Shown here: in pieces, positions 1 to 13,295 of the stretch
Layout: every line of letters starts with the position of its first letter
Numbering within the stretch: position 1 is the stretch's first letter
From: Catajapyx aquilonaris
Lineage: Eukaryota
Reading direction: 5' to 3'
Length of the DNA: 64,000 bases
Assembly (NCBI GenBank): GCA_000934665.2
Contig: JYFJ02000441.1
Location: 1-64,000 of the forward strand
Program-made: the position numbers and the translations under genes
The notes under the pieces: generated by a model
The model's input: the letters and a program-made list of their open reading frames with translations, nothing else
The model's database searches: none
Told to the model about the DNA's origin: nothing

Positions 1-107
1 CCCCCTCTAGATGGCGTTTCCGGACACGGTTTCCTATGTCAAAAATGTTTGTCTTGGTCCCCTCTATCACCCCTAGAAGTTTGTCGGTTGAATTCATATA
101 CACCCTG
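1..107. mobile_element. Right end of a Tc1/mariner-type MITE (truncated by window edge)
   Basis: Ends ...CACCCTG followed by TA, a typical terminus and TSD of TA-CAGGGTG elements; other end outside the window. Confidence 0.4.
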
Positions 108-114
108 TATATAC

Positions 115-349
115 ACCTAGAGGAGGTACTCGGCCTGAAATGTGAGGCAGGCAACAATGCAGGCAACAATATGACCTCCAACAAGATGGCGGACGCCTGA
201 CATTATTTGAACTAATTGTCGCCCAGTTGTCATTATTGGTTGTTGTCCCAGTTGCTAGACAACTGTTAGAACAACAATATGACCTCCAACAAGATGGCTG
301 CTGCCTCAGCCTGTCTAATGGAAAAGGATAGGGAGTACCTCCTCTAGGT
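115..349. mobile_element. Small MITE-like element
   Basis: 17-bp perfect TIR acctagaggaggtactc (115-131 / 333-349); internal direct repeat caacaatatgacctccaacaagatggc; TSD unclear. Confidence 0.55.
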
Positions 350-543
350 ATTATATTATATAATAGCAGAACTCTTTGGTCTGGCTATTCAAGTCACATG
401 CTGCTGGAAATTATTATGTACACCAGCAAGTACAGTTTAACTACATGCACAATTATTATCATAGATGAATAGGAGTGTCTATTTTAAGGTGCGTTTGATT
501 TGTATGTGAAGAGCATTAGTTATAGTTTATTTATCTATTTCAG

Positions 544-1236
544 GAAAATTGCGCTGGTTCGGACATCTTGAAGTGCAAGATATGCAAGAAGACATATGAA
601 AATGCTGCACTTCTGGAAGCATGCGTCAACGCTCACCGTGAGGTTGCCCGCGTGAGTGGGAAGCAAAGGGGGCGGAAAGGAGTGCAGTTGCCAGCAAGGG
701 CTCCAATGGTACTGAGAGATAGAACCACAAGAATTAAGCGGTGTAGTACAGGAGCAATTGCTAGTGGCCCGGACTCCAACGATAAGAAAACAGACACAAA
801 GAAACCTGAGGGAAAGGAAAAAGTAAAATACAATAATTTGAAAGTCAATCCAGATGCAAATGATTTGAGAGGAGAAAAGGTTGTCCCAAGGGGGGAAAGG
901 CCCTGGACTTGTAGCATTTGTGAGCAACGTTTTTCTCTAAGGAGTAGTATGGTGACCCACATCAACGGCGTCCATTTGCAACTGAAACCTTATCAGTGCA
1001 ACGCCTGCGGAAAGTCATTTCCACAGGAAGACAAGCTGAAGAACCATATGAGGGTGCACACTGGTGAGAGGCCGTTTTCCTGCGATGTTTGCGGCAAAAC
1101 ATTCACACTGCTTGGAAATTTGCAATCTCACATGCGACAACATACCGGTGAGAAGCCGTATCCTTGTCCCAAGTGTAACAAAGCATTTACACGAAATGAA
1201 GCACTGAAGAATCACTTGGCACGCCATCTTGAATAA
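544..1236 (+). CDS. Terminal exon of a C2H2 zinc-finger gene (atypical C-x2-C-x12-C-x3-H finger plus 4 C2H2 fingers); upstream exons not seen
   Basis: tttcag acceptor at 542-543 in phase with ORF 568..1236; HTGE(K/R)P linkers. Confidence 0.85.
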   Translation, partial: ENCAGSDILKCKICKKTYENAALLEACVNAHREVARVSGKQRGRKGVQLPARAPMVLRDRTTRIKRCSTGAIASGPDSNDKKTDTKKPEGKEKVKYNNLKVNPDANDLRGEKVVPRGERPWTCSICEQRFSLRSSMVTHINGVHLQLKPYQCNACGKSFPQEDKLKNHMRVHTGERPFSCDVCGKTFTLLGNLQSHMRQHTGEKPYPCPKCNKAFTRNEALKNHLARHLE

Positions 1237-2094
1237 TATCTGAGTCACTAAGTTCCAAATGGATTGATCTGATCATGTGTTATAGTCTGTGCCAAAGTTA
1301 TTAACGTTGATCATGTCCATTGGAGCAGGGTAGCTTTAAAATATATTTATTCGGAAGTCATTATTTTTCTTTCATGTTGATCTGTAATGAAGCATCAAGA
1401 TGAGATGTATTGATGATAGCATTGCAATTTCCCTTCAATGTCTTAATTTTTTTCTTTCATTATACTTTCCAATTTGATAGTGGGCGATTTTTTGAATAGT
1501 ATGTTACTCTTTTTCGTTGCACTTTTCATAAATTAATCAGAGTATTGTTATGCGGATCTACAATTCACTATGTTTAAGTTTAAGTTTAAGGCTATTGATG
1601 TGCCCTCAATTCCATATGGAGGAAGAAGGGAAAGTTCAAGTTGTCTCACATCCAGGATTATATGGTCTGACGGCTAGACAGGTCACCTGTCTCGTGACTT
1701 GTAATGCCACATGTGTGATAAACTGTGTCTGACATGAAGAGTAAAGATAAAATAAAGTAATCGGAGGTACCGGTAGTTCAATTGATGTAATTGGAGTTGG
1801 GAGTTTTTTTTACTCCATGCACATCAAGCATTGGAAGCAATTTATGCAGTGTCATCATAAAATGTACCAGCAAAGGAATAAAATTGTAAGCTTGAACTGT
1901 TTTGAGGTCTGTGAGAAATTATTTCTAAACCTATAATATTATGCAGCGGAAAGTTCCACAACATATTTATTTTTAATTTATCTGAAACTTGTCATTTGGT
2001 TTTGTTATTTTCAAATTTTTCAAGGGTGATTTTGAAACTGGAGTTATTGTGAATAGCATAAAACACGTACTTCCTGTCCTGATCACTGTCCTGA

Positions 2095-2680
2095 TCACTT
2101 CGCACGTCAGTTTTCAAATAACCTGCATAACGAAATTTTACCTGGCATGCCTCACAAATATAATTATAGTTTCTCTCCTGTATGAATTCCCATGTGAGTT
2201 TTCAAATAATTTGAGTCGCAAAATTTTTTCTGGCACACGTTGCAAATATATGGTTTTTCTCCTGTACGAATTCGCATGTGAATATTCGAACTACTTAATT
2301 CACCAAATATTTTCTGGCGTAGCCTACCTGATAAATTAATCGCTTTCCTCCTGCATGAACTTGCTTGCAAGTTTTCAACTCGGTTGAGACAGTAAAGTTT
2401 ATTAATGAGCTCCTTCCCTTCTGGATCCCTTTCGCATCCACTCCTCAGTTCTCACTTGCACGACATGAAACAGGAATAAAAGTACACTAAATCAATTTTG
2501 CCGTGTGGATAAGGTAGTGTGAAGCATTCCACCTTCGGAGCCCATTCATCTTTTTCATGTTCAATGTTCATGTTGAATGAATGAATGAAGTTTGTAAATC
2601 CTGCATATGTGAGGAGGTGGCTCCCAAAAGCAAGAGTTGCCACTACTGGTGCTACTGCTACATGCTAATAGCTCTCTTCA
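2095..2680 (-). pseudogene. Degenerate cluster ZNF copy: frameshifted finger exon plus promoter remnant, acidic exon missing
   Basis: ORF 2164..2370 has [16 protein letters not shown]; decayed promoter motif caagagttgccactactggtg near 2631-2651. Confidence 0.7.
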
Positions 2681-3312
2681 TAATTCACTACTTTAAACTT
2701 GGCACAAAAACCAGTTGCGGGTCAGTTGGATTTACGTTTAGGAATTATTTGCAAGAAATGAAAACTGTTTTCCTAATCAGAAACTTTTTTTCCCCCCTTC
2801 TGCAGGCATTGAGGTGCACGTGGATATTTCTTGTTAATTTTTCTCCCACTTGTCACACTCAAAGAGATCACAGGTCATGTCACCAACCTCCTAATTTCTG
2901 GTTCGTTGTTTACGCTACTAAATTCAAGCAAGTTCAGTATGAGGTAGATTCTAATGTTGCGAGTACAATGACATATTTGGGCATATTCGTAGCATGTGTT
3001 GTTATGAAGAACAATTGCATACTTACATAAAACATACAAACTAATTACTGGATAATATTCCATAGCTCCTCCCAAAAGAGCACTGCTCTACCACGTGGTA
3101 AATAAAATAAAAATAAATAAAAAATATTCTGTAGCAGAATAGCCCTTAAAAATCCAGATGTCACACTACATATTCAAAATAATGTTTACAAATGAATGCT
3201 GTTACGGTTGCATCTTACTTTTGGCAACTTTTCAGGTGAGATGTTTTTCTGCCGTGGATCCCATGTAACGTAAATGCACTCTTGATGGAAAGTCCGGCTT
3301 TTTCTCGGCTAA

Positions 3313-3437
3313 GGGCTGAATCTTCGACCTGCGGGAGGGGCGCGCTAACGGGGAGTCGCGTAAGTGGAAGGGAATACGTCACACTTTGTGCGGCCACGCC
3401 CCCTACCAGACTGCGCGATACGTCGAAGATTCAGCCC
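3313..3437. mobile_element. PIF/Harbinger (Tourist-like) MITE
   Basis: TIR gggctgaatcttcgac / gtcgaagattcagccc; TAA on both sides. Confidence 0.8.
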
Positions 3438-5004
3438 TAAATCAACAGATGGAGTTGAGTGAACTATACCGTTCGAACCAGCCACCCATTTTTTATGTTT
3501 CTACATTGTCAACTGAAAACAGCCAAAATGTCATTTACAACGTTGTTCCATAACAGCATTCAAATATGGGCCTGCATGTTTGGCACTGAAAATGATCCAC
3601 CTGGAACAGATGTCATCGTATCAGACCTTAGACATACCATGCAATGAAATGCACTCAAACCGTTGCCATCATTCAGCCTCTGGTTTGAATATCCCACTGT
3701 AAAATTGCAGCCAACAGATGATTCACATTCAATTTTTTAAAGAGTAGTTAACATCCACAGCATTGGTTTAAATACGAGCCATTTAATTATCTTGCGTTAC
3801 TGTTATTTGCCATTCTGCTCTATGACTGGCATTTACAAACTTGGTAGGGTATTACTGGACAAACAGCTGATGCACCATTTATCATTTTTCAGAATAACCA
3901 TTCATGCTAAGTAAACCAAATATAAGAATATCTAAAAAACCAAGGAACACAATTATAGGCCTTACTCTGAAAAACTTGAAAATAATGACATTTCTTCCAA
4001 TAAGACATAATGGCCTTGCTTAACATTTGCCATTGCAATAAATATCAATACAGCGTGAATCCTGACCAAAGGATGCATCAATTACGGTGGAATTGCCCTG
4101 CAACCTAACGACGGAACAGTAGAAAATGGAAAAAGGAAAGGCAATGTTCCTATAAAACTTGCCCTACTTGTCACTGATTCTGATGTGGACTGTACAAATG
4201 GGGCCAATTTGTGTCAATTATCTGGTGAGGGTGACTGTAATGAAATGAAATAGGACAGACGATGATATTTCACAAAAAAGCGCTCAACCTGAAAATAAAA
4301 CTGTGTAATATTAATAAGCCAACTATCCCCCAGTGAAAGATTCAAATGACACATTGGGGGGGAAAAAGTGTCCCTCCTTTCAATTAAAATTAACTTCATA
4401 TGTGAGTACCAGTGGGCAACAGGATACCTACATATTTCCCCCAGTTGAAAATATGAAGGATGTCATTCATGAAGTTATTGTTGGGAAACTTCCCTTGAGC
4501 TGCTCTCACTGAGATATGAAAGAGAAATTTCAGTAACAGCATTTTTTACATAATGCCTCTTTATTTTCATATTTACACTCATTTCCTACTTTCTTGGCAT
4601 TTAATCAAATTTGGTTTATTTTTATTCTTGTTTGTTGGTATTCTGCTATATGATGAGCATCATCCAGATTAGTGATTGGCTTTACCCAATAGGGTAATAC
4701 CAATCAAACAGCTATTGTACATTTTATCATTTTTCAGTACAACCATTCATGTTATGCTAGTCATCATACAATTCGCCTAAATAACCACGAAACACATTTC
4801 ACTGAACATGTGCTTCTTATCACAAGACTTAAAGAACGTCTTCCATTCTCCACTGTGAATACATTGGCAAGAAAGTTTTCAAATGACTTTGAACAGGAGA
4901 ATTTCATTGATACGTGAAACATTAATGGTTTTCTTCCTGCATGACTTCCCATTTCAAATGACTGAAATCACAAATTTTTGCTGACACATGTCACAATGAA
5001 ATGG

Positions 5005-7032
5005 TCACACTCCTGTATGAACTTGCATGTGCCTTTTCAGTTGATTTCCATGACAAAATTTTTCTTGGCACACCTCACAAATAAATGGTTTCTCTCCTGT
5101 ATGAATACGCATATGAATTTTCAAACTATGGGATTGACGAAATTTCTTCTGGCACACCTCACAAATGTAAGGTTTCTCTCCTGTATGAATTCTCATGTGA
5201 ATATTCAAACTACCTGAATCACGAAATTTTTTCTGACACACCTCACAAATGCATGGTTTCTCCTCTGTATGAATCCGCATGTGATTTTTCAAATGACTTG
5301 CATTACGAAATTTTTTCTGACACACCTCACAACTGTAAGGCTTCTCTCCCGTATGAATTCGCATGTGAGCTTGCCAAGTACTTAAATCACGAAGTTTCTT
5401 TTGGCACACCTCACAAATGTAAGGATTCTCTCCCGTATGAATTCGCATATGTATTTTCAACTGACAAGCATGACAAAAAATTTTCTGGCACACCTCACAA
5501 GTGTATAGGTTATCTCCTGTATGAATTCTCATGTGAGTTCTCAAAACTCTTAATTCACAAAATTTCTTCTGGCACACCTCACAAATAAATGGCTTGGCTC
5601 CTTCATGAATTCGCATGTGCGATTTCAAATGACCTGAACGGTAAAAACTTTTCTGGCACACTTCACATATGTATGGTTTCTCTCCTGTGTGAATTCGCAT
5701 GTGAATTTTAAAAGTACTGGAATCATGAAATTTTTTCTGGCACACCTCACATAAGTATGGCTTTTCTCCTGTATGACTTCGCATATGAGTTTTCAAACCA
5801 CTTGGGCCACGATACTTTTTCTGGCACACCTCACAAACGTAAGGTTTTTCTCCTGTATGACTTAGCATGTGCGTTTTCAAACCTCTTGATTCACGAAATT
5901 TTTTCTGGCACACCTTACAAATGTATGGTTTCTCTTCTGTATGAATTCGCATGTGAGCTTTCAAATTACGTGAATAATGAAATTTCATCTGGCAAACCTC
6001 ACAAACAAAAGGTCTTTCTCCTGAACGAATTCGCTTGCGAGCTTTCAACTCACTGTCAGTTGAACCAGGGAATTTTTTTAATGAGTTTCTTTCCTCCTGG
6101 ATCCCTTTCTTCTCTGCTCCGTCTTCAGATATAATTTGCACCACCTGAAAAGTTGAATAGGAATAAATAAATTTATATTTTGCAATGTGAGTAGTGTGAA
6201 GCATTTCATCTGCGCCATGATCATATGGATGACCCCCTTTATTGTAGAGGCCCGAGATGTTGTTTCATGTATCCACACAATGTATACTGTATGTTAGGCT
6301 CGAACACTGAAAACGTTCATTGATTGGGGAAAAAACAACGAAATTGTTGTTTTCAAAACAATGAAAATGCCATGCGAATTTGGTGTTGTGGGTGGGCAGG
6401 TGAGGTTAGTTTAAGCCAGGGAAATGTGGTTTGTATGCATCCATATACAGAGCAAGAGTGTAGACATTCAGTTCCTGAGTAAAAGGGTAAATTAAATCGC
6501 ATTTCCCGCCAACAAACAGCTTCAGCAAATGATCAAATCCCTGTACCAGTGATCGGCACTTGGCAAAGCCACAATAACGTTCGCCAACCTACAGCTGCAC
6601 AAGACGGGCACTGTTGTCGGGCAGAAAACGCAACCCAGTGCTCAGTTCACTTAGCTTGCAAGTAATATCCCCGGGCATGTGACAGACCTTGCCTGGCAGC
6701 GCCACCAAGCCAAAGAGTATACAGGTGCACAGATGCCAACACAAAATGGCAGTCAATGGCCCTGACTTTCCCCATTCCCACATTTTCAGCAGATTACGCA
6801 CCCCACTCGTCTCTCCATATCCACCTCCTAAAGGGTCTTCTTCGTCCACCCTGGGCATGTCCACCACCATCTCCTCCTCAGGCTCCTCTTTGATCTCAAG
6901 TAAAGTGTCTTGAATAAATGTAGAGTCGTCATCATCAGAAGGTGTCTCCTCCTTCAAGTCGACCCTCCAGGTCTCCTCCATTGTCATTTCTTCCTCTTCC
7001 TCCACTGCTTCCTCCTTTATCCTCAATGACAT
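5005..7032 (-). CDS. Cluster ZNF gene Z1: acidic exon 7032-6802 + 12-finger exon 6144-5005
   Basis: GGG|gtgcgt donor and tttcag|GTG acceptor, both phase 0; open frames. Confidence 0.85.
6545..6750 (+). repeat. Fragment of dispersed repeat family with core aaagccacaataacgttc
   Basis: Homologous to ~13591-13745, ~39602-40200 and (inverted) ~52510-53170. Confidence 0.6.
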
Positions 7033-7151
7033 GGCCCTGCCAACACAAGACTACAGGTCATGTCGTCACATGTCAAGAAGCGTAACTCACCCTTCTGCGT
7101 CCACAAAGAGCCCGACAGATGAAGAGAAGGCCCTTGTCGTCCTAACAGAAG

Positions 7152-7256
7152 TTGTCGGCCATCTTTGACCTTCAATTGGGGTGCATTCATATCGCCACCA
7201 TAAATCAAACATGTGCTTAACAGCTATTGATCATCAAGAGTCGCCGCTACTGGTGC
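7152..7256 (-). promoter_or_regulatory. Cluster promoter module (representative copy): plus-strand gtcggccat / ggggtgcattcccatcgccacc / caagagtcgccgctactggt
   Basis: Recurs upstream of nearly every acidic exon; the first motif reads (A/G)ATGGCCG on the coding strand, YY1/Pho-like. Confidence 0.75.
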
Positions 7257-7656
7257 TCCACTGCGATAGCAGCTAATAAATGAGGATTCGTCAGGGGTAA
7301 TTTAATTTACATTGCAAACTTTATTTAGCCCAAAGTCTAAAAGTGTATGACAATTTCCCATTACCTAACTACATAGGGTAATACTGATCAAACAGCTGTT
7401 GTACCTTTTATTATTTTTCAGTACACATAACCCTTCATGCAATGGAAATCAAGTTATCGTATAATTTACCTAATTGACCAAGCAACACATTTCACTGAAA
7501 ATATGTTTCTTAAAGAACGTCATCCTTACATGACCATCATTCCCACGTTCTCAACTCGAAATTTGCAAGCAATGATTTTGAACACAAAAATCTGCTGTAT
7601 GGCTTCACATGTAAGTTTCAAATGATTCCAATCACAACATGTCACAAATGAAATGG

Positions 7657-9270
7657 TCACACTCCTGTATGAACTTTCTTGTGCCTTTTCAATTGATTTC
7701 CATGACAAAATTTTTCCTGGCACACCTCACAAATAAATGGTTTTTCTCCTGTATGAATACGCATGTGAATTGTCAAACTATATGATTGACGAAATTTCTT
7801 CTGGCACACTTCACAGGTGTAAGGCTTCTCTCCTGTATGAATTCGCATGTGGTTATTCAAACCACTTGATTTACGAAATTTCGTCTCGCACACCTCACAA
7901 GTGTATGGTTTCTCTTCTGTATGAATTCGCATGTGATTTTTCAGAAGACCTGAATAACGAAATTTCTTCTGGCATACCTCACAAATGTAAGGTTTCTCTC
8001 CTGTATGAATTCGCATGTGAGCCTGCAAAGAACTTAAATCACAAAGTTTCTTCTGGCACACCTCACAAATGTAAGGATACTCTCCCGTATGAATTCGCAT
8101 ATGAATTTTCAATTTATGTGCATGACAAAAACATTTCTGGCACACCTCACATGTGTGTAGGTTCTCTCCTGTATGAATTCTCATGTGAGGTCTCAAACCT
8201 TGTAAGTCACGAAATTTCTTCTGGCACACGTCACAAATAAATGACTTACTACTGTCTCCTTCATGAATTCGCATGTGGGATTTCAACTGACCTGAACTAC
8301 AAAAACGTTTCTGGCACATCTCACAAACGAATGGTTTCTCTCCAGTATGAATCCGCATGTGCATTTTCAAACTACCTGATTCAACAAATGATTTCTGGCA
8401 GACGTCACATACGAAAGGCTTTTCTCCTGTATGACTTCGCATGTGAATTTTCAAACTACTTGATTCACGATATTTTTTCTGGCACACCTCACATACATGA
8501 GGCTTTTCTCCTGTGTGACCTCGCATGTGAGTTTTCAAATTACTAGAAGAACGGAATTTTTTCTGGCACACCTCACATACATGAGGCTTTTCGCCTGTGT
8601 GACCCCGCATATGAATTTTCAAAATACTGGAAGAACGACAAATTTTCTGGCACACCTCACAAATGTATGGTGTCTTTTCTGTATGAATTTGCATGTGCGC
8701 CTTCAAATTACGTGAATAACGAAATTTCATCTGGCAGACCTCACAATCAAGAGGTCTCTTTCCTGTATGAATTCGCTTGCGAGCTTTGCCGCGAGCTTTC
8801 GACTCAGTTGCACCAGGAATGTGTCTTTCCATCAGGATCCCTTCCTTTTCTTCTCCGTCTTCAGCTTTCATGTCCACAACCTGAACAAGAAGAATATTTA
8901 TAAATATTTTTCTATGTGAATTGTAGCGTCCCGGCGTCCCACCTGCTATGGTCACATGGATGGTCCCCTTTGTTAGGATACCGGTACATACCCCACTGAT
9001 CTCTCCAGATTCACCTCCTAATAAAGGGTCTTCTTCGTCCACACTGGGCATGTCCACCACCATCTCCTCCTCCTCTGGTGGTTCTTCCTTGATGTCACCG
9101 GGAGTGTCTTGTATGAATTGAGTCGAGTTGAAGCAATAAGACGGGCTCTCCTCCTTCAAGGCCAACTTCCAGCCCTCCTCATCCACCGTGATGTCTTCCT
9201 CCCCTTCTTCCTTCTTTATCATCTGGACAGCTGATGGACATTTCTTTTCCAGGAAAAGGTGGTCGGCCAT
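7657..9270 (-). CDS. Cluster ZNF gene Z2: 13 fingers; first intron and normal ATG deleted; acidic exon ends 8992, finger exon starts 8880
   Basis: 537-aa continuous ORF; 111-nt stop-free intron 8881-8991; junction with 5'UTR-exon sequence near 9228. Confidence 0.8.
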   Translation of the reverse strand: MADHLFLEKKCPSAVQMIKKEEGEEDITVDEEGWKLALKEESPSYCFNSTQFIQDTPGDIKEEPPEEEEMVVDMPSVDEEDPLLGGESGEISGVCTGILTKGTIHVTIAGGTPGRYNSHRKIFINILLVQVVDMKAEDGEEKEGILMERHIPGATESKARGKARKRIHTGKRPLDCEVCQMKFRYSRNLKAHMQIHTEKTPYICEVCQKICRSSSILKIHMRGHTGEKPHVCEVCQKKFRSSSNLKTHMRGHTGEKPHVCEVCQKKYRESSSLKIHMRSHTGEKPFVCDVCQKSFVESGSLKMHMRIHTGEKPFVCEMCQKRFCSSGQLKSHMRIHEGDSSKSFICDVCQKKFRDLQGLRPHMRIHTGENLHTCEVCQKCFCHAHKLKIHMRIHTGEYPYICEVCQKKLCDLSSLQAHMRIHTGEKPYICEVCQKKFRYSGLLKNHMRIHTEEKPYTCEVCETKFRKSSGLNNHMRIHTGEKPYTCEVCQKKFRQSYSLTIHMRIHTGEKPFICEVCQEKFCHGNQLKRHKKVHTGV

Positions 9271-9343
9271 TTTCGATGAATTTGGGGTGCATTCCCATCG
9301 CCATGATGGAAAATGGCGGGTCGATCAGCTGATCTTGAGCAGC

Positions 9344-10853
9344 ATGGACCTGGGCATTGTCGCTCTGCTGGTGGCTCGTGGGGCCCTCCGACGGGACCGG
9401 GTCTTCCGAGACCGGGCCAACGCCTTCGAGTTGCCCGACTCGGTGTTCAGGGACGCGTACCGCCTGCCGAAGCATGTGGTAATGCAGGTGTGCGACGCAC
9501 TTAGGGACCGGCTGACAGGACGAGGGCCCACGTCCATGCCTGTTGAGACCAAGGTGCTGGTGGCCCTGCATTTTTATGGCACTGGCAATGCCCAAGACGC
9601 CAATACCATGAGCCACTACCATCCGCAGTCGCAGGCTGGGGTGTCCGTGGCCATAGAGCAGGTCACCAACGCCTTGGTTAGTGGACCTCTTCTGAAGAAG
9701 ATCACGTTCGAGTCTGACAGTGACACTCTGCACAGACGAAAGGTAGGTACATACTGACCCAACCAGGTGGATGGTTCATATCTTCCAACATCTTTTCAGA
9801 GACTTTTTTTTGACAAGTGTCAGCTTCCTGACGTCATTGGTGCATTAGACTGCACGTACGTCAACATCAAGAAGCCATCAAATGTCATAAACCCTATGTC
9901 TTACCTGGACAGAACGGGTAATTTTTCCATCAACGTTGAACTGGTAAGGTGGTCCACATGGCATTGTTTCTGTGACTTTATGATTTATCACCCTAGGTGT
10001 GTGACAGAGAACTACGCATCCTGCACGTGTCAGCGAGATGGCCGGGAAGTAACCACGACTCGTACATATGGAGGAATTCGGGGATGAGGAGCCGTCTGCT
10101 TCGCCTCCCAGGGCTCGGCCATCTCCTGGGTAGGTCTTGATGTGCTCATGTCCACACTGTCCACATGCAGAAAGTTCGGAAGGCCAGGAGAGAACAGCCC
10201 ACTGGATAACATAACCCCATATCATGAACAGTGATTCTGTAGTGCAGTCATTACTGCTTGTAATGACAATATCATTTGTTGCAAATTCTAACACCAGTGT
10301 ATCACCATTTCAGGCGATAGTTGCTATCCACTGGAGCCCTTTCTAATGACCCCTCTCCCAGTTCCAACCAGTGAGATGGAGAAGGAGTACAATTATCGTC
10401 ATGCTGTGGGAAGGAATCCTGTCGAAAGAGCATTCGGGGTGCTGAAGGCACGCTTCAGGTGCCTTCACCATTCAGGAGGAGACCTGGTATACCATCCTGG
10501 GAAGGTGTGCCGTATATATGTGGCCTGTGCCATTTTACATAACGTGTGCCGAGAAGCAGACGGGCGCTTCAAGGAGGACTATGACACAGATGATGATGAT
10601 GATCCTGAGAGTTGTAAGCATTAATGCAGAAAAAATGGTACATGCAGACCACCACCCATCTATAATTATAGGTTCTGATGATGACAAGGAAGACAACCCA
10701 GATGAGGGGTGTCAGTATGATCCTGAGAACGGCACAGCGGCTGCAGCTGTGACAGCCACAATGGCCAGTGAGAAGCGTCAGCAACTGGTGGGCCTGTGCA
10801 CTAGCCACATCAGGAGGCAAGCACTTGCGAGACAGAGGCGAAGGTGTAACTGA
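9344..10853 (+). CDS. PIF/Harbinger DDE transposase (HARBI1-like nuclease), ~385 aa; exons 9344-9742, 9800-9943, 9997-10129, 10314-10613, 10672-10853
   Basis: Motifs VIGALDCT, SINVELVCD, WPGSNHD, LLGDSCYP, VERAFGVLKARF; all introns GT-AG with matching phases (0,0,1,1). Confidence 0.9.
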
Positions 10854-11128
10854 TTTTTTCCCCTGGTGTAACGCAAACTGTGGTGTTCATGTAAGAATTA
10901 TGAGTATTATTTACATTCATTAGTGAATGTATTTAACAAAAATAGTGTAACTTATACGAGTACATTTCACAAATACATGAAATACGTAGAACAAGTAGGT
11001 ACAAAATATATTGAAAAAGTTTTCTGATGAGCAGTACTGAGTTCTTTGTCAGATTTAAAACTGAAAGACGCCCAATGGTGGTACAAATGTTTAATAAATT
11101 ATGAATTATCATGAAGATATTGAATAAT

Positions 11129-11273
11129 GGGGCTGTGCAGACGGGCCGGCCTTGGCCGCAGCCCTGGCCAACTTCCAGGAAGTTGGCCTACGTTGTAAGC
11201 CATGGCCTGGCCGTGGCTTGCCAGGTGTGAACCGTTGCGGCCGCGGCTGGGCTTGGCCCGTCTGCACGGCCCC
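11129..11273. mobile_element. GC-rich Harbinger-type MITE between the 3' ends of the nuclease and Myb genes
   Basis: TIR ggggctgtgcagacgggcc / ggcccgtctgcacggcccc in AT-rich flanks. Confidence 0.7.
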
Positions 11274-11568
11274 TATAATTTATCTGAAGACAATTTCTTG
11301 AAACATACGTAAGTGGTGAAATGAACACAAATAAATGAAGCTTGGTACTTGTTGGTGGACAAACTCTTCAACACTGCAGGTATTTTCTGGCATTACTGGA
11401 TTACCGAACATGAAAATATGAAAGTACATGATGGTTTTGGTCACATTCCATCAGTCAAATTGTTGGCATTGTATAGGTTTTTTTTTGGTTTGTTTAGCAA
11501 TTAGAAATGAAATCACTGTTTCTTTCTCGTAATACAGTAAGAATCTGGAAATAAAAATGTATACATAT

Positions 11569-13295
11569 CTATGTATCTTGTTGAGTGGTCCTTAACTTGA
11601 TCATTTCCTGCAGGGCCAAGGCAATTGTCCCCAGGTGGGAGGACATCACAGCGTGGTGTCGGTTGGCTTCTCTTTGTTCTTGAAGCATCTTTACGCGGTG
11701 TAGGTTGGCTTGTCTTTGTTCTTGCAGCATCAGTGCGTGGTGTCGGTTGGCTCGTCTTTCTTCTCGAAGCATAGCGTTGTTGTGCTCAGCAGCCTGTGTG
11801 GGTAGTTAAGAATTAGGCATGAGCTCAGATCTAAATAATTCAGCAAGTCCCAGAGTACATAAATTGTGACACATGCTTGTTCCAGGTATTGTTCCAACTG
11901 GGTGTTGCGGGTACGCCTCTCCGTCCTCCTCCTCTCTTGCCTGGGCCTGGCACCTGCACCGGTAGAGGGCTGCTTGGGGGGATGTTGGTTTGTGCCTTGG
12001 GTAGACTCACCACGGGTAGACCTGTTGGACGCACCAGTCACACTGCAATAAGGTTCCATGACAAATTGGTAAGTAGCAAGACAATGTTGTCACATGGAAT
12101 GGACACTGGAAGAAACATAGCTGGTGTGAATTTTCCTTTACTTCCTGTTCATATGTACTATATCGCCCAAAAAGATGGAGACGATTTTGCATTTGACTCA
12201 AGTGCAACTTGCACTTGAATCAAATGCCAATCGTCTCTATCTTTTTGAGCGATATAGTACATCATGTTCACAGAAATGCGAGGCAGTTCATTATCTGACT
12301 TCGGAAAAATTTTCACTTACTTGGTCACATTACTGGTGTCCACTCCCAGGCTCTCGCCTTCAACATTTTCAATACCAATGAATGGCAGCACCTCCTCCTC
12401 CAATGGTGTGAGGGCTGCACAGGCTGGCCCTCCTCCAGTACCTTGCTTATGCTTGTAAACAGCATTGGCCTTTGATTTCACCTGTGTGATAATAATGGCA
12501 ATCATGAGTGAAAAGTTGAAAAGCAGTTTCATTTATGATCCGACAGGTTATAAAAAGTAGTGACAATACGAAGTGGAACCCTGATATATCATGCACTTCA
12601 ATTTCTGCGTGATTATTATTAGTACGGGTTATTAGTGATCACAGCTCATCAACATCATTGGCATGTATGAAATACTTCCTGTTCCGGGACGCTCATTGGT
12701 TTCATTGCTAGCTACAGTATGGGTAAGCTAACTTATGGGTTTTGGGAGGTGGCTTGTGTCCTTGGCAGCCATAATTAAGCCCCGCCCCCTACCGGTCGAC
12801 CAATCAGGATTCGATATCAAAGGAGGTGGGCATTATAAAATCTCAACAATGAGTTTGTTTACACTAACGCAGTTGGTAACTTAGCAGAGGAGAAATATTT
12901 CCCAACTAATCCTTTTAAATTCCATACCAAAGAACTCAGCAGGGGGCGGGGCTAATATGACTGCCAAGGACACAAGCCACCTCCCAAAACCCATATTAGC
13001 TTACCCCTACTGTAGCTGTAATAAAAATAATATATTTCATTGCATGCTATACCCAGCTTTTGTAATAGGACCACTTTTCCCTCGTCTCTGTGCCCGTTCT
13101 TTCATTGCCTCCTACTGCATTCACAACAGCGGCACATGCCTCCCAAGCGCCCCTGAGGGCCTCAGAATTGGGCAGGGTGGGACATAAGACACCACCCGCC
13201 AAATCCTCGTGGTCCTTCAGGTATCCAACGAGAGCAGACAGCTCTTGGCCAATCCAATTTGGGCGCCTCTGCTTTCTACCACTAGGCCGACTCAT
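11569..13295 (-). CDS. Harbinger Myb/SANT-like DNA-binding protein, ~264 aa; exons 13295-13053, 12481-12321, 12042-11877, 11793-11569
   Basis: RRPNW...EL..L...AW..C...VN...RT...REKW trihelix pattern, GTGGGP motif, C-terminal coiled-coil repeats; last intron needs a GC donor (caa|gcatgt). Confidence 0.8.
12153..12262. repeat. Near-perfect 110-bp palindrome in Myb gene intron 2
   Basis: atgtactatatcgc...caagtgcaa c ttgcacttg...gcgatatagtacat. Confidence 0.8.
12715..13012. mobile_element. Tc1/mariner-type MITE in Myb gene intron 1
   Basis: ~75-bp TIRs with CAGT/ACTG ends, TA TSD; inverted second copy at 62306-62604. Confidence 0.85.

Noticed and set aside
7236..7256. CCAGTAGCGGCGAC as a CTCF site
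   Set aside because: Core is one base short of the CTCF consensus spacing
9188..9343. N-terminal extension of the transposase ORF (MMSSSPSS...)
   Set aside because: Overlaps the antisense acidic exon and promoter; transposase-like sequence starts at ATG 9344
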